From an uncultured Bacteroidales bacterium (GTDB lineage: Bacteria; Bacteroidota; Bacteroidia; Bacteroidales; VadinHA17), in assembly GCA_963789465.1 (NCBI GenBank), contig CAWBLL010000003.1, forward strand, positions 55,187 to 119,186: a DNA stretch of 64,000 nt, read 5' to 3'. The position numbers and the translations under genes are program-made. Below, piece by piece: positions 54,907 through 64,000 of this stretch (position 1 is the stretch's first letter; each line of letters begins with the position of its first letter). The notes under the pieces were generated by a model. That model did not search any database. It was not told where the DNA came from and saw only the letters and a list, made by a program, of their open reading frames with translations.

Positions 54907-55572
54907 TCAGATATTCAGATATTTCATAAGCAGGTCAAGCCTTTCCGTATAGAAACGGTCCATCGAGTCATTATCGGTGGCCCAGGTCTTAACTTCATAA
55001 TTATAGCGTTCGAATGTCCTGATCACCGATACAAGATCACTTGTATTTACCTTAAGGGCTACCTCAAGAAGCATTGATCCCGGAGATGAAGTTATATACA
55101 TACTTAGTATTTTGATATTATTGCTCTCAACAATCTGCGCTATCTGCGAGAGAGAATAATCCCTGTCAGACACCTCAAGAACGATGATTCCTCCGGGCTG
55201 ATCCATGGATGAGATACCTGCAATATGCCTTATAAGGTCATTTGAGGTGATTACCCCCTTATAATTGTTTTTTAAATCAAGAACCGGCACAACTGAGAGC
55301 TTGAGCCTCGAGGCCAGTCCTATTACTTCAAAAATATGCTGTTCGGTGGTTACATACGGTTTGTATAGAGTAAGTGCGTGATTTCCAATTGGTTCACTTG
55401 GCTGATTCATATCAAAGATATCAGTATCTGAAATAAGGCCAAGGAATTCCTGGTTATTTACAATAGGAAGGTGCGAAATCTTGAATATCTCCATCCAGTT
55501 CAGGGCAGTCTGTCCGAGATCTGAAGTTTTCAGTGAAGGTATCACCTCTGATATTAAGTCCTTGGCAACCAT
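54907..55572 (-). CDS. CBS domain protein with C-terminal ACT-like domain (AcuB-like)
   Basis: ISHLPIV...LGLISD and LSVVPVLD...GVIT CBS pair, then DYSLSQIAQIVESNN. Confidence 0.85.
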   Translation of the reverse strand: MVAKDLISEVIPSLKTSDLGQTALNWMEIFKISHLPIVNNQEFLGLISDTDIFDMNQPSEPIGNHALTLYKPYVTTEQHIFEVIGLASRLKLSVVPVLDLKNNYKGVITSNDLIRHIAGISSMDQPGGIIVLEVSDRDYSLSQIAQIVESNNIKILSMYITSSPGSMLLEVALKVNTSDLVSVIRTFERYNYEVKTWATDNDSMDRFYTERLDLLMKYLNI

Positions 55573-55670
55573 AGATACTTTTATTTTCAACCAATATAGT
55601 AATAAAAAAGAGAGTTGTTGTATTTTTGTACCTCCTTACAAATATACGGATAAACAATATATTTATTATA

Positions 55671-56384
55671 ATGACAAAGTTAAGTGTTAATATCAATAAG
55701 ATTGCAACCCTGAGAAATGCCAGGGGAGGAAATATCCCAAATGTATTAACCGCTGCCATAAACTGCCAGCTCTTCGGAGCCGAAGGCATTACTGTCCATC
55801 CCCGCCCTGATGAGAGGCATATAAGATACCACGATGTTCTTGAGATCAAGCCGATCATAACAACTGAATTCAATATTGAAGGCTATCCCTCCCAGGGGTT
55901 TATTGCTCTTGTACTGGCAGTAAAACCTGACCAGGTGACCCTTGTCCCTGATGCACATGATGCCATAACCTCGAATGCAGGCTGGGATACACGCAAAAAT
56001 AAATCATTTCTGACGGACATTATTTCTGTATTCAGGAAAGAAGGCATCAGAACCTCCTTGTTTGTGGATACTGATCCTGAAAATATTGAAAATGCTGCCC
56101 TGACAGGGACCGACAGGGTAGAGTTATATACTGAGCCTTATGCAACAGAATTCAGCAAAAATGCGCTTGTCGCTGTCACTCCCTTCGTAAGGGCAGCCGA
56201 GATAGCAAGAAACATAGGAATGAAGGTAAATGCCGGTCATGATCTGAATCTTGACAATCTGAGATTCTTCCATCAAAGCATACCATGGATCGAAGAGGTA
56301 TCAATCGGTCACGCACTCATTGCCGACGCTTTGTATCTGGGACTTGAGAACACCATCCAGATGTATAAAGGCCAACTTACCTGA
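55671..56384 (+). CDS. pdxJ: Pyridoxine 5'-phosphate synthase
   Basis: [52 protein letters not shown] promoter at 55621-55628. Confidence 0.95.
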   Translation: MTKLSVNINKIATLRNARGGNIPNVLTAAINCQLFGAEGITVHPRPDERHIRYHDVLEIKPIITTEFNIEGYPSQGFIALVLAVKPDQVTLVPDAHDAITSNAGWDTRKNKSFLTDIISVFRKEGIRTSLFVDTDPENIENAALTGTDRVELYTEPYATEFSKNALVAVTPFVRAAEIARNIGMKVNAGHDLNLDNLRFFHQSIPWIEEVSIGHALIADALYLGLENTIQMYKGQLT

Positions 56385-56395
56385 ATCTATCCTGA

Positions 56396-57199
56396 ATGAA
56401 ACTTTTTTACAGAAAATTCGGCGACGGACCTCCCCTGATAATTCTTCATGGCATGTATGGCTCATCGGATAACTGGACCACAATTGCCAATAAACTCTCT
56501 GATACTTTTACCGTTTACCTGCCTGATCAGAGAAACCACGGCCAGTCACCTCATTCTGATATCCACGATTATGATGCAATGAGGGATGATCTTTATGAAC
56601 TGGTCTCGGAACTGAGGCTCAGGAAGTTCTTCCTGGCAGGCCACAGCATGGGTGGAAAGGCAGCTATGGCCTTTGCCGATAAATGGCCGGAAAAGATTGA
56701 TGGGCTGATGGTTGTGGATATTTCTCCATTTACAAATGAAGGTCACAAATCACCTTTATATAATCAGCATCTTGCAATCCTCAAAACAATTCTTTCAGTT
56801 GACGCTGCTGCCCTCAAGACAAGAGCTGAAGCAGAAAAGCTGGTCATTGACAGGATCCCGTCTTTCAGGACCAGGGGACTGATCCTTAAGAACCTGCAAA
56901 GAAATCCGGAAAATGTTTTTACCTGGAAACTTAATGCCGCAGCACTTCTTGACAATCTTGATAAAATAATGGCAGCTATTGACCTCAGTGATCGATTCTT
57001 ACACCCCATCACCGGATTTCCGGTCATCTTCCTGAAAGGCAGCTTCTCGCATTATCTGACTGCAACTGATGTGGCAGATATACGGAAAGTATTTCCGGCG
57101 GCGGAGTTTGTTGTCATAAATGGCGCCGGTCACTGGATCCATGCAGACAAACCTGAGGAGGTTATAGAAAACTTAAGAAAACTGATTGCCGACTACTGA
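56396..57199 (+). CDS. Alpha/beta hydrolase (YbfF-like esterase)
   Basis: LHGMYGSSDNW, DQRNHGQS, GHSMGG, AGHWIHADKP. Confidence 0.9.
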   Translation: MKLFYRKFGDGPPLIILHGMYGSSDNWTTIANKLSDTFTVYLPDQRNHGQSPHSDIHDYDAMRDDLYELVSELRLRKFFLAGHSMGGKAAMAFADKWPEKIDGLMVVDISPFTNEGHKSPLYNQHLAILKTILSVDAAALKTRAEAEKLVIDRIPSFRTRGLILKNLQRNPENVFTWKLNAAALLDNLDKIMAAIDLSDRFLHPITGFPVIFLKGSFSHYLTATDVADIRKVFPAAEFVVINGAGHWIHADKPEEVIENLRKLIADY

Positions 57200-57924
57200 C
57201 CGGTAAAAGTTACTGATTCTATGTTGGCTTCAGATATCAGGGGAAGATTCATGAACCGAAGCATCACCTGTGCTATTGCAACTACATCCTTTTCGCAATA
57301 TCTTGCAATGCGCTCTGCATCCTTCTCGTTGTAGAATACCGAGGCTACCATACTGCCGTCAATATCATCCTTGGGAGTCGATATGCCAAGGACCGAAGTA
57401 AGCAATTCCAGCGATGTATAATTCTTGTAATCACCGAATTTCCATAGCTCCATGGTATCAAGAAGCTTAACTTCCCAGGGCTTTTTCCCCGAATTATCAA
57501 GAATTTCCGGAATTATAATCCCATTTATGACCATCCGTCTGGCAATATACGGATAGTCAAACTCTTTACCATTATGCGCACAGAGAATAGCATCCCTGGT
57601 AGTCTTGCAAAACTTTGTCAGCATCGATGAAAATTCCGAAAGAATCTTTTTCTCATCTTCTCCAAAAAATGATTTAAGCCTGTAGCCGAGGGGATTTTTC
57701 CCCTTGACCAATCCGACACTTATGCAAATTATCTTTCCGAATTCAGAATATATGCCAGCCCGTTCATAAACGTCATCAGCAATCTGGTCAGGCGTTCTGA
57801 ATTGTCTCGATTTCTTCTCCCATAACATCTGCATAACGGGGTCAAGCAGACCGAAGGACGGTTCTGCCGGAACTGTCTCTATATCGAGGAAAAGAATATC
57901 CTCTACCCTGACATTATCAAGCAT
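57193..57924 (-). CDS. PolB-like 3'-5' exonuclease (DEDDy)
   Basis: LFLDIETVP, HNGKEFD, LDTMELW, YCEKDV. Confidence 0.88.
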   Translation of the reverse strand: MLDNVRVEDILFLDIETVPAEPSFGLLDPVMQMLWEKKSRQFRTPDQIADDVYERAGIYSEFGKIICISVGLVKGKNPLGYRLKSFFGEDEKKILSEFSSMLTKFCKTTRDAILCAHNGKEFDYPYIARRMVINGIIIPEILDNSGKKPWEVKLLDTMELWKFGDYKNYTSLELLTSVLGISTPKDDIDGSMVASVFYNEKDAERIARYCEKDVVAIAQVMLRFMNLPLISEANIESVTFTGQ

Positions 57925-58268
57925 AATCTTATGATTTAGAGTATAATAACTGTTATAATAGCTTAAGATCAACAAAGTATCAACACCCTGACTACTGCTC
58001 CTCCTTTAAAATTGAAGTCTCCCGGCCACTTTTTAGTGAAGCACTGCACCAGACTATTCCTACTGTCAACATATTTGTGTATTTTTACACATTAAAAATC
58101 AAAATTAATAAATTGAATTGAATGATTGCCAAGGGATCTGATCTTAAGGCATTTTTTAAAAACTATCCGGATTCTGAGAACAGCTGATCTGCATTTATCG
58201 CAATCTGCAAGTGCATCATAACCTAAGGACCGGAAACGATAGAAAATAAATATTTTAAAGAATTCGGG

Positions 58269-59263
58269 ATGTCAGAATTATATCCGTTAAAGTTCGAACC
58301 TCTGTTAAAAGACAAGGTATGGGGGGGCCATGCGCTGGAAAGAGAATATAATAAAAACCCGGATGGCTTGCCTAATATTGGAGAAAGCTGGGAATTATCA
58401 GCAGTTGAAGGCAATTTGTCAGTTGTCAGCAATGGATTTCTTGCCGGCAATAATATTGAGGAGCTCATTGAGGTCTATATGGGTGATATCACCGGAGATT
58501 CGATTTTTGAAAAATTCGGCATTAAATTTCCTCTTCTTTTTAAATTCATTGAGGCAGGAGATGATCTTTCTATTCAGGTCCATCCCGGCGATGAGATGGC
58601 CAGAGAGAAGCACGGAGATTTAGGAAAGACTGAAATGTGGTATATCCTGGAGAGTGAAAAAGGTTCAAAGATCTATACAGGTTTCCGTGAAGGAGTAACA
58701 AAGGAGATGTATGAAGAATCGCTTTTAAATGGCACTCTTCCCGAACTCCTGTATGTAGAAAGCGCCTGCCCGGAGATGCGTTTTTCACCCCTGCAGGCAG
58801 AATTCATGCAATAGGCAGGGGAATAGTACTGGTCGAAATACAGGAGACATCCGATTTAACTTACAGGATCTCCGACTGGAACAGAAAAAGCAAGGGAAAG
58901 GTAAAAAGGGAATTGCACCTTGAGCTGGCCCTCGAGGCAATCGACTTTTCTGCTACCGGCAAAAACAAAATAAGAAAAGACCCTGAACCGAATAAAACAG
59001 AAAACCTGGTGAACTGTGAATTTTTCACCACCAACCTGCTGCATTTCAATGCTGCAATAAAAAGAGATTATTATTTAATCGATTCCTTTGTAGTATACAT
59101 TTGCGTTGAAGGTGAATTCCAGATCAAATGGGAAGGCAATTCCGAAACAGTTACCAAAGGGGAAACGGTACTTCTTCCGGCAATGATCAGGGATGTTGTG
59201 CTTTCTCCTTCAGGCGAAGCCAGGATACTTGAGGTATATATTATTTCTGACAGCATATCATAA
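58269..59263 (+). CDS. manA: Type I mannose-6-phosphate isomerase, split by a -1 frameshift near 58768
   Basis: KVWGG, IGESWELS, LSIQVHP, GKTEMWY. Adding one base at GCC-TG-CCC-GGA restores PGDAFFTPAGRIHAIG...EIQETSDLTYRISDW, which continues into the 58913-59263 ORF. Confidence 0.9.
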
Positions 59264-59283
59264 CAATATTTAAATCATTACTC

Positions 59284-60048
59284 ATGAAACTATTTTTTGG
59301 CTCACTTGTCTTATTAACAATTCTTCTTCTGGATCCAGGCTGCAAAGGAAGATCCGGCAACGCATCAGGCCCGGCTAATGACACCATATCAGCTTCTGAT
59401 ACCGGTTTTACCGGGATAAAGAAATTCATGAGCGGCGGCCATGTATCGATGGAAGCGACATTTAAGAATGGCGTACAGGATGGCCTGACGAAAACTTTCT
59501 ATGCGAGCGGGAAGCTACGCGGTACGACATGGTATGAGAATGGCTTGAAGGAAGATTCTGCAAAGTGGTTCTTTGAGGAGGGTCAGCTTTTCAGGACTAC
59601 GCCATATAAAAGAGATACGGTAGACGGAATACAGATACAATACTTCCGGAACGGAATGCTGAAAGCAAAAATAGGGTTCAAAAAAGGATTCCGGACATTC
59701 GAGTTTGAGGAATTTGACAAAGATGGCAGGAAAGTGGGAGGGTATCCGGAACTTGTTGTAAACAAAAAGGATGAATACAATTCGACAGGCACCTATATAA
59801 TATTACTTTCACTTTCCGACAAATCAACGAAAGTGAAATATTACCGTGGGGATTTTGGAGGAGAGATCGTCGATACAACAAAAAGTGTCAGAATAAAAAC
59901 AATTAATGGCAAGGGAATCCTTGATCTTAAAAAAACCGGTACGCCACAGAAGAGCTATGTTGACGTTCTGGCTTCAATAATTACCTTTTACGGAAACAGT
60001 TATCTGGTCCATAAAAAGATTGAATTGCCTTACAAGGACCTAAATTAA
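59284..60048 (+). CDS. Putative lipoprotein with MORN-variant (YwqK-like) repeats
   Basis: Hydrophobic leader ending in PGC, repeats of type FKNGVQDGLTKTFYASGKL / YENGLKEDSAKWFFEEGQL. Confidence 0.7.
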   Translation: MKLFFGSLVLLTILLLDPGCKGRSGNASGPANDTISASDTGFTGIKKFMSGGHVSMEATFKNGVQDGLTKTFYASGKLRGTTWYENGLKEDSAKWFFEEGQLFRTTPYKRDTVDGIQIQYFRNGMLKAKIGFKKGFRTFEFEEFDKDGRKVGGYPELVVNKKDEYNSTGTYIILLSLSDKSTKVKYYRGDFGGEIVDTTKSVRIKTINGKGILDLKKTGTPQKSYVDVLASIITFYGNSYLVHKKIELPYKDLN

Positions 60049-60056
60049 GGCAGGAA

Positions 60057-60665
60057 ATGATAATTCATTCAGCAACATTTGTTAAAAGCAGCCCTACCCT
60101 CCATGAGTGCCCTGCCACGACAAAGCCTGAATTCGGATTTATAGGAAGATCAAATGTAGGCAAGTCATCACTTATCAATATGCTTACGGGATGGTCGAAG
60201 CTGGCTAAAATATCCGTGCAGCCGGGGAAGACCCGTACTATCAACCATTTTATCATCAATGAAAAATGGTACCTGGTCGATCTGCCAGGTTACGGGTATG
60301 CCAGGGTTCCTGTGAAGCAGAGGGAGAAATGGGTAAGGGAAACTGAAAATTACATCCTCCGCAGGGAAAATCTTGTATGCCTGTTTGTTCTCCTGGATGC
60401 AAAGCTGAAGCCTCAGAAATCTGATCTCTCCTTTATGGAGCTTCTGGGAAACAAGCAGATCCCTTTTGCAAGAGTATTTACCAAAAGTGACAAACTCTCA
60501 AAAAGTGCTCTGGAAAAGTCTGTTGAAACATATAATGCAGAAATGCTGAAAAAATGGGAATTTTTGCCGGCAACCTTTATCTCATCGTCAGTAAATGCTG
60601 CAGGGCGGGATGAAATACTTCAGTACATTGAAGAATCTGTAAACAATTTTTCAAATGGATCCTGA
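60057..60665 (+). CDS. engB: Ribosome biogenesis GTPase YihA/YsxC
   Basis: GRSNVGKSS, PGKT, DLPGYG, TKSDK. Confidence 0.95.
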   Translation: MIIHSATFVKSSPTLHECPATTKPEFGFIGRSNVGKSSLINMLTGWSKLAKISVQPGKTRTINHFIINEKWYLVDLPGYGYARVPVKQREKWVRETENYILRRENLVCLFVLLDAKLKPQKSDLSFMELLGNKQIPFARVFTKSDKLSKSALEKSVETYNAEMLKKWEFLPATFISSSVNAAGRDEILQYIEESVNNFSNGS

Positions 60666-60735
60666 TATAGGAATGGAATTTATAATTTTGTACAAGTTTT
60701 ATACGTAGAAATAATCAGCTAAATCATAAAGGAAA

Positions 60736-61674
60736 ATGTTTGGAACTGCACCTATGAAAATTTTTTCCTGCAGGGCATCTCAGCATCTGGCTAAGATGAT
60801 CTCAGAAAAATTGGAAATGGAACTCGGAAGGAGTTCCGTAACGCTCTTCAGCGACGGCGAATTTCAACCTTGCTTTGATGAATCTGTCAGAGGTTGCATG
60901 GTATTCATCGTGCAATCCACAAATCCTCCTGCTGATAACATATTCGAGCTTCTGCTGATGATAGATGCAGCCAAAAGGGCCTCAGCCTATAAGGTCATTG
61001 CAGTAATTCCCTATTACGGTTTTGCCAGGCAGGACCGTAAAGACCGGCCCCGTGTATCGATCGGTTCCAAACTGTCGGCAGACCTTCTGAGTGCTGCCGG
61101 AGTCGACAGGGTAATCACGATGGATCTGCATGCAGATCAGATACAGGGCTTCTTCAATGTACCTGTCGATCACCTTTTCGGGTCGGCAATCTTTGCTCCA
61201 TATATTGCAAACCTCAAGCTGAGCAACCTTACTATATCAGCTCCCGATATGGGAGGATCAAAACGGGCCAATGCCTACTCCAGGCACCTGCAGTCGGAAA
61301 TGGTACTTTGCTATAAACTGCGCAAGAAACCGAATGTTATAGAGGAAATGTCAATTATCGGGGAGGTGGAAGGAAGGAATGTTGTAATTATCGATGATAT
61401 GGTGGATACTGCCGGAACCCTCGTCCTTGCAGCCGATATGATGAAGGAACGTGGAGCCACCAGCATCAGGGCTTTCGCAACACACCCCATACTTTCGGGA
61501 AATGCCATTGAAAGGATAAACGATTCTGCTATAGAGGAACTTGTGGTTACCGACTCTGTGCCTTTTTTCAATACTTCAAAAAAAATAAAGGTACTCTCAA
61601 TAGCAAGTATTTTCGCCGATACTATCCAGGCTGTTACATCCAACAGGTCGATAAGCACAAATTTTGTATTCTGA
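60736..61674 (+). CDS. prs: Ribose-phosphate pyrophosphokinase
   Basis: FSDGE, YGFARQDRK, DLHADQIQGFF, APDMGG, IIDDMVDTAGT. TAATTTTG promoter at 60683-60690. Confidence 0.96.
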   Translation: MFGTAPMKIFSCRASQHLAKMISEKLEMELGRSSVTLFSDGEFQPCFDESVRGCMVFIVQSTNPPADNIFELLLMIDAAKRASAYKVIAVIPYYGFARQDRKDRPRVSIGSKLSADLLSAAGVDRVITMDLHADQIQGFFNVPVDHLFGSAIFAPYIANLKLSNLTISAPDMGGSKRANAYSRHLQSEMVLCYKLRKKPNVIEEMSIIGEVEGRNVVIIDDMVDTAGTLVLAADMMKERGATSIRAFATHPILSGNAIERINDSAIEELVVTDSVPFFNTSKKIKVLSIASIFADTIQAVTSNRSISTNFVF

Positions 61675-61779
61675 TTCCTTTATTCTATATTTGCAGGCCA
61701 AAAAAAATTAAAAATGTCAAACGTGTAATGGGAGATTGTCAGGCAGATAATCTTTAGTAGCACAATAACTTTTAGACAA

Positions 61780-62397
61780 ATGAAGACTATTGAAATCAAA
61801 GGATCATTCAGGACGGAATTAGGGAAAAAAAGCTCAAAACAGATCAGAAAGACAGGAAGTGTACCATGCGTTATCTATGGAAAAGGCGAAAATATACATT
61901 TCAATGCCACTGAGCTTTCGTTTAAAAATCTAATCTATACCCACGAAGCACACCTGGTCGAACTGAATATTGATAATAATATATACAAGGCTGTTCTTAA
62001 AGATGTGCAGTACCATCCTGTTTCCGATAAAATTTTACACGCTGACTTTATCAGGGTATTCGATGATAAGCCTGTAATAATTAACGTTCCCGTAAGAGTT
62101 AGCGGCGACTCCGTCGGAGTGATTGCCGGAGGTAAACTGAATATTAAGAAAAGAAATCTAAAAGTAAAGGGATTGCCAAACGACCTGCCCGAATACCTTA
62201 ATATTGACATTACCAACCTGAAAATTCACGATTCCGTGAAGGTAGGTGATATATCTTATGATAAAATTGAATTACTGGATCCTAAGAAATTAATGGTACT
62301 TACAATAGCCACCTCCCGCGTAGCCCAGAAAGGCGAGGAAGGTGAGGTAGCAGCCGGAACCACTGCAGTAGCAGCTGAAACGCCAGCTGCTGAATAG
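61780..62397 (+). CDS. rplY: 50S ribosomal protein L25/Ctc
   Basis: VPCVIYG, QYHPVSDKILHADF, LPEYLNIDITNL. TATATTTG promoter at 61686-61693. Confidence 0.95.
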   Translation: MKTIEIKGSFRTELGKKSSKQIRKTGSVPCVIYGKGENIHFNATELSFKNLIYTHEAHLVELNIDNNIYKAVLKDVQYHPVSDKILHADFIRVFDDKPVIINVPVRVSGDSVGVIAGGKLNIKKRNLKVKGLPNDLPEYLNIDITNLKIHDSVKVGDISYDKIELLDPKKLMVLTIATSRVAQKGEEGEVAAGTTAVAAETPAAE

Positions 62398-62425
62398 GAC
62401 ATTTATGTAACACTTATCAGACTTG

Positions 62426-63016
62426 ATGAAATATCTGATAGTCGGACTTGGAAATATCGGTGAGGAGTATAAGGATACCCGTCATAATATAGGATTTGCA
62501 ACATTGGATGCCATGGCACTGGCATCCAATGTTGCTTTTACAGACCAGCGTTACGGAGCTGTATGCAGGGTAAAATACAAAGGCCGCGACCTTATTCTTC
62601 TTAAACCTTCCACTTTTATGAACCTCAGTGGCAATGCAGTCAATTACTGGCTGAAGAAGGAAAAGATAACCGTCGAAAACATGCTGGTGATAGTCGATGA
62701 TATCGCACTTCCCCTTGGAAGCATAAGAATGAGACACAAGGGCAGTGATGGCGGACATAATGGTTTGGCACATATTAATAATATCCTTGGAACAAGTGAA
62801 TACCCCAGAATCAGATTTGGAATCGGAAATGGATTCCATAAGGGTTCCCAGGTCAATTGGGTCCTGGGGCGCTGGAATCCTGATGAAAGGAAAACGGTGG
62901 AAGAACGGATAAATATTGTAATCGAAATGATCAGGTCTTTTGCTTTCGCTGGTACGGAACTGACAATGACTGCCTTTAACAAGGTTGGGAAAATGCCTCC
63001 TGCCAGATCGGAATAA
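62426..63016 (+). CDS. pth: Peptidyl-tRNA hydrolase
   Basis: LIVGLGN, TRHNIGF, KPSTFMNLSG, GGHNGL, RIRFGIG. Confidence 0.96.
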   Translation: MKYLIVGLGNIGEEYKDTRHNIGFATLDAMALASNVAFTDQRYGAVCRVKYKGRDLILLKPSTFMNLSGNAVNYWLKKEKITVENMLVIVDDIALPLGSIRMRHKGSDGGHNGLAHINNILGTSEYPRIRFGIGNGFHKGSQVNWVLGRWNPDERKTVEERINIVIEMIRSFAFAGTELTMTAFNKVGKMPPARSE

Positions 63017-63048
63017 CCCGGGTAAGGTCCTAAAAATATTTCTGAATT

Positions 63049-63444
63049 ATGACTGAAAATAAACCCGTAAGGATTGATAAGTTTCTCTGGGCAGTCAGGC
63101 TGTATAAAACAAGAAGCATCGCATCTGACGAATGCAGAAAGGGAAGGGTGATAATTAAGGATATTCAGGTTAAACCTTCACGATTAATTTCCTGCGATGA
63201 AATTATAATGGTAAAAAAACCACCTGTCACATATTCTTACAGGGTTCTGGAACCTGTGGAACATCGTGTCGCCGCAAAAATTGCTGCTCAGTTTATTGAG
63301 GACATAACACCGGAGGAGGAAAAAGCCAAGTCAGAAATCATCCATTCAGGCGGCAAAGTATTCAGGCCAAGAGGTACAGGACGTCCGACAAAAAAAGAGA
63401 GAAGGCTGATGGATAAATTTCAGCAGGACCCGGATAGGCCTTAA
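63049..63444 (+). CDS. hslR: Ribosome-associated heat shock protein Hsp15 (S4 domain)
   Basis: RIDKFLWAVRLYKTRS, GRPTKKERR. Confidence 0.92.
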   Translation: MTENKPVRIDKFLWAVRLYKTRSIASDECRKGRVIIKDIQVKPSRLISCDEIIMVKKPPVTYSYRVLEPVEHRVAAKIAAQFIEDITPEEEKAKSEIIHSGGKVFRPRGTGRPTKKERRLMDKFQQDPDRP

Positions 63445-63595
63445 AATGGTGGTATAAAGACTTATTATTTTAAAAATGGAGAATAAAATATTTACGATTT
63501 AAATACATACTCTCCCTTTTATTTAACTTGCATGCAGTTTCTGCGTGCCGGCAGCGTATAAGCTGACAGGCAAGCCGAAAAGATCTGATCATGGT

Positions 63596-64000
63596 ATGGG
63601 GAAAGAAAACATTGAAAAATATTCTGCCGGATATGCTCTTCTGAAGTCTGTAGCCGGTTTTTGGCACAATAACGTCTTCTACAGAAAAGTCATTGTCATG
63701 GGCAGGGAAAATATCAATCCTGATGATCATCTGATATTTGCACCAAACCATCAGAATGCCCTCATGGATGCACTGGCGGTACTGTTCACCCATACCGGAC
63801 AGCCGGTGTTCCTTGCAAGAGCCGACATCTTCAGAAAGAAGATGATAGCGGCAATACTCTACTTTCTTAAAATCCTGCCTGTATACAGGATCAGGGACGG
63901 ATTCAGCAGCCTGAAAGCTAATGATGAAATATTCCTTAAGACTATCGATGTGCTGAAAAACAAGAATGGCCTGGTCATTCTTCCCGAAGGAGACCATGCA
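63596..64000 (+). CDS. PlsC-family acyltransferase, 5' part, truncated by the window edge
   Basis: Manual translation from ATG 63596 contains APNHQNALMD (HX4D), FLARADIF and ILPEGDH. The frame is open to the end of the window. Not in the ORF track. Confidence 0.88.
   Translation, partial: MGKENIEKYSAGYALLKSVAGFWHNNVFYRKVIVMGRENINPDDHLIFAPNHQNALMDALAVLFTHTGQPVFLARADIFRKKMIAAILYFLKILPVYRIRDGFSSLKANDEIFLKTIDVLKNKNGLVILPEGDHA

Noticed and set aside
59284-60048. Toxin-antitoxin pair (YwqK-like repeats)
   Set aside because: No adjacent toxin. The protein looks like an exported MORN-variant lipoprotein between manA and engB.
63470-63997. 175-aa minus-strand ORF
   Set aside because: Shadow of the plus-strand acyltransferase, which has HX4D and PEG motifs.
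1-64000. Selenoproteins with in-frame TGA, suggested by selD
   Set aside because: No gene examined is interrupted by an in-frame TGA at a Cys position. All splits are frameshifts, and SelD itself has Cys.

Overview
Gene-dense, roughly 40% GC core-chromosome segment from an anaerobic Bacteroidota (Bacteroidales-like) organism. The assignment rests on repeated TAnnTTTG -7 promoter elements, type IX secretion (T9SS) genes and the porG-uppS-bamA-skp cluster. From left to right the window holds: the 5' end of selD plus yedF (selenium handling); a 9-bp tandem array and a REP-like hairpin; a NUDIX fusion; amn-holA; a divergent PEPCK-like protein; a fused 2-oxoacid dehydrogenase E1; the nqrA-F operon with apbE and a candidate NqrM-like protein; a T9SS plug; a Mo/W uptake and cofactor cluster (wtpABC, moeA, moaA, moaC, mogA); an ECF sigma / PKD-type-B-CTD / PorP trio; proline dehydrogenase; SOD; mqnB-mqnD; PTPS-folE-fabD; two tandem receiver-plus-PPDK-N proteins next to korAB; the murI-skp-bamA-uppS-porG-nadK cluster; pdxJ; manA; and engB-prs-rplY-pth-hslR. 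Five conserved genes carry single-base frameshifts, most likely long-read errors. No rRNA, tRNA, CRISPR array, IS element or prophage was seen. The best candidates for undescribed systems are (1) the ECF sigma plus membrane-anchored anti-sigma-like protein with a T9SS type-B CTD plus PorP barrel, a possible T9SS-linked trans-envelope signalling module, and (2) the coupled pair of receiver/ATP-grasp dikinase-like proteins. All family calls come from motif recognition by eye; no searches were run.
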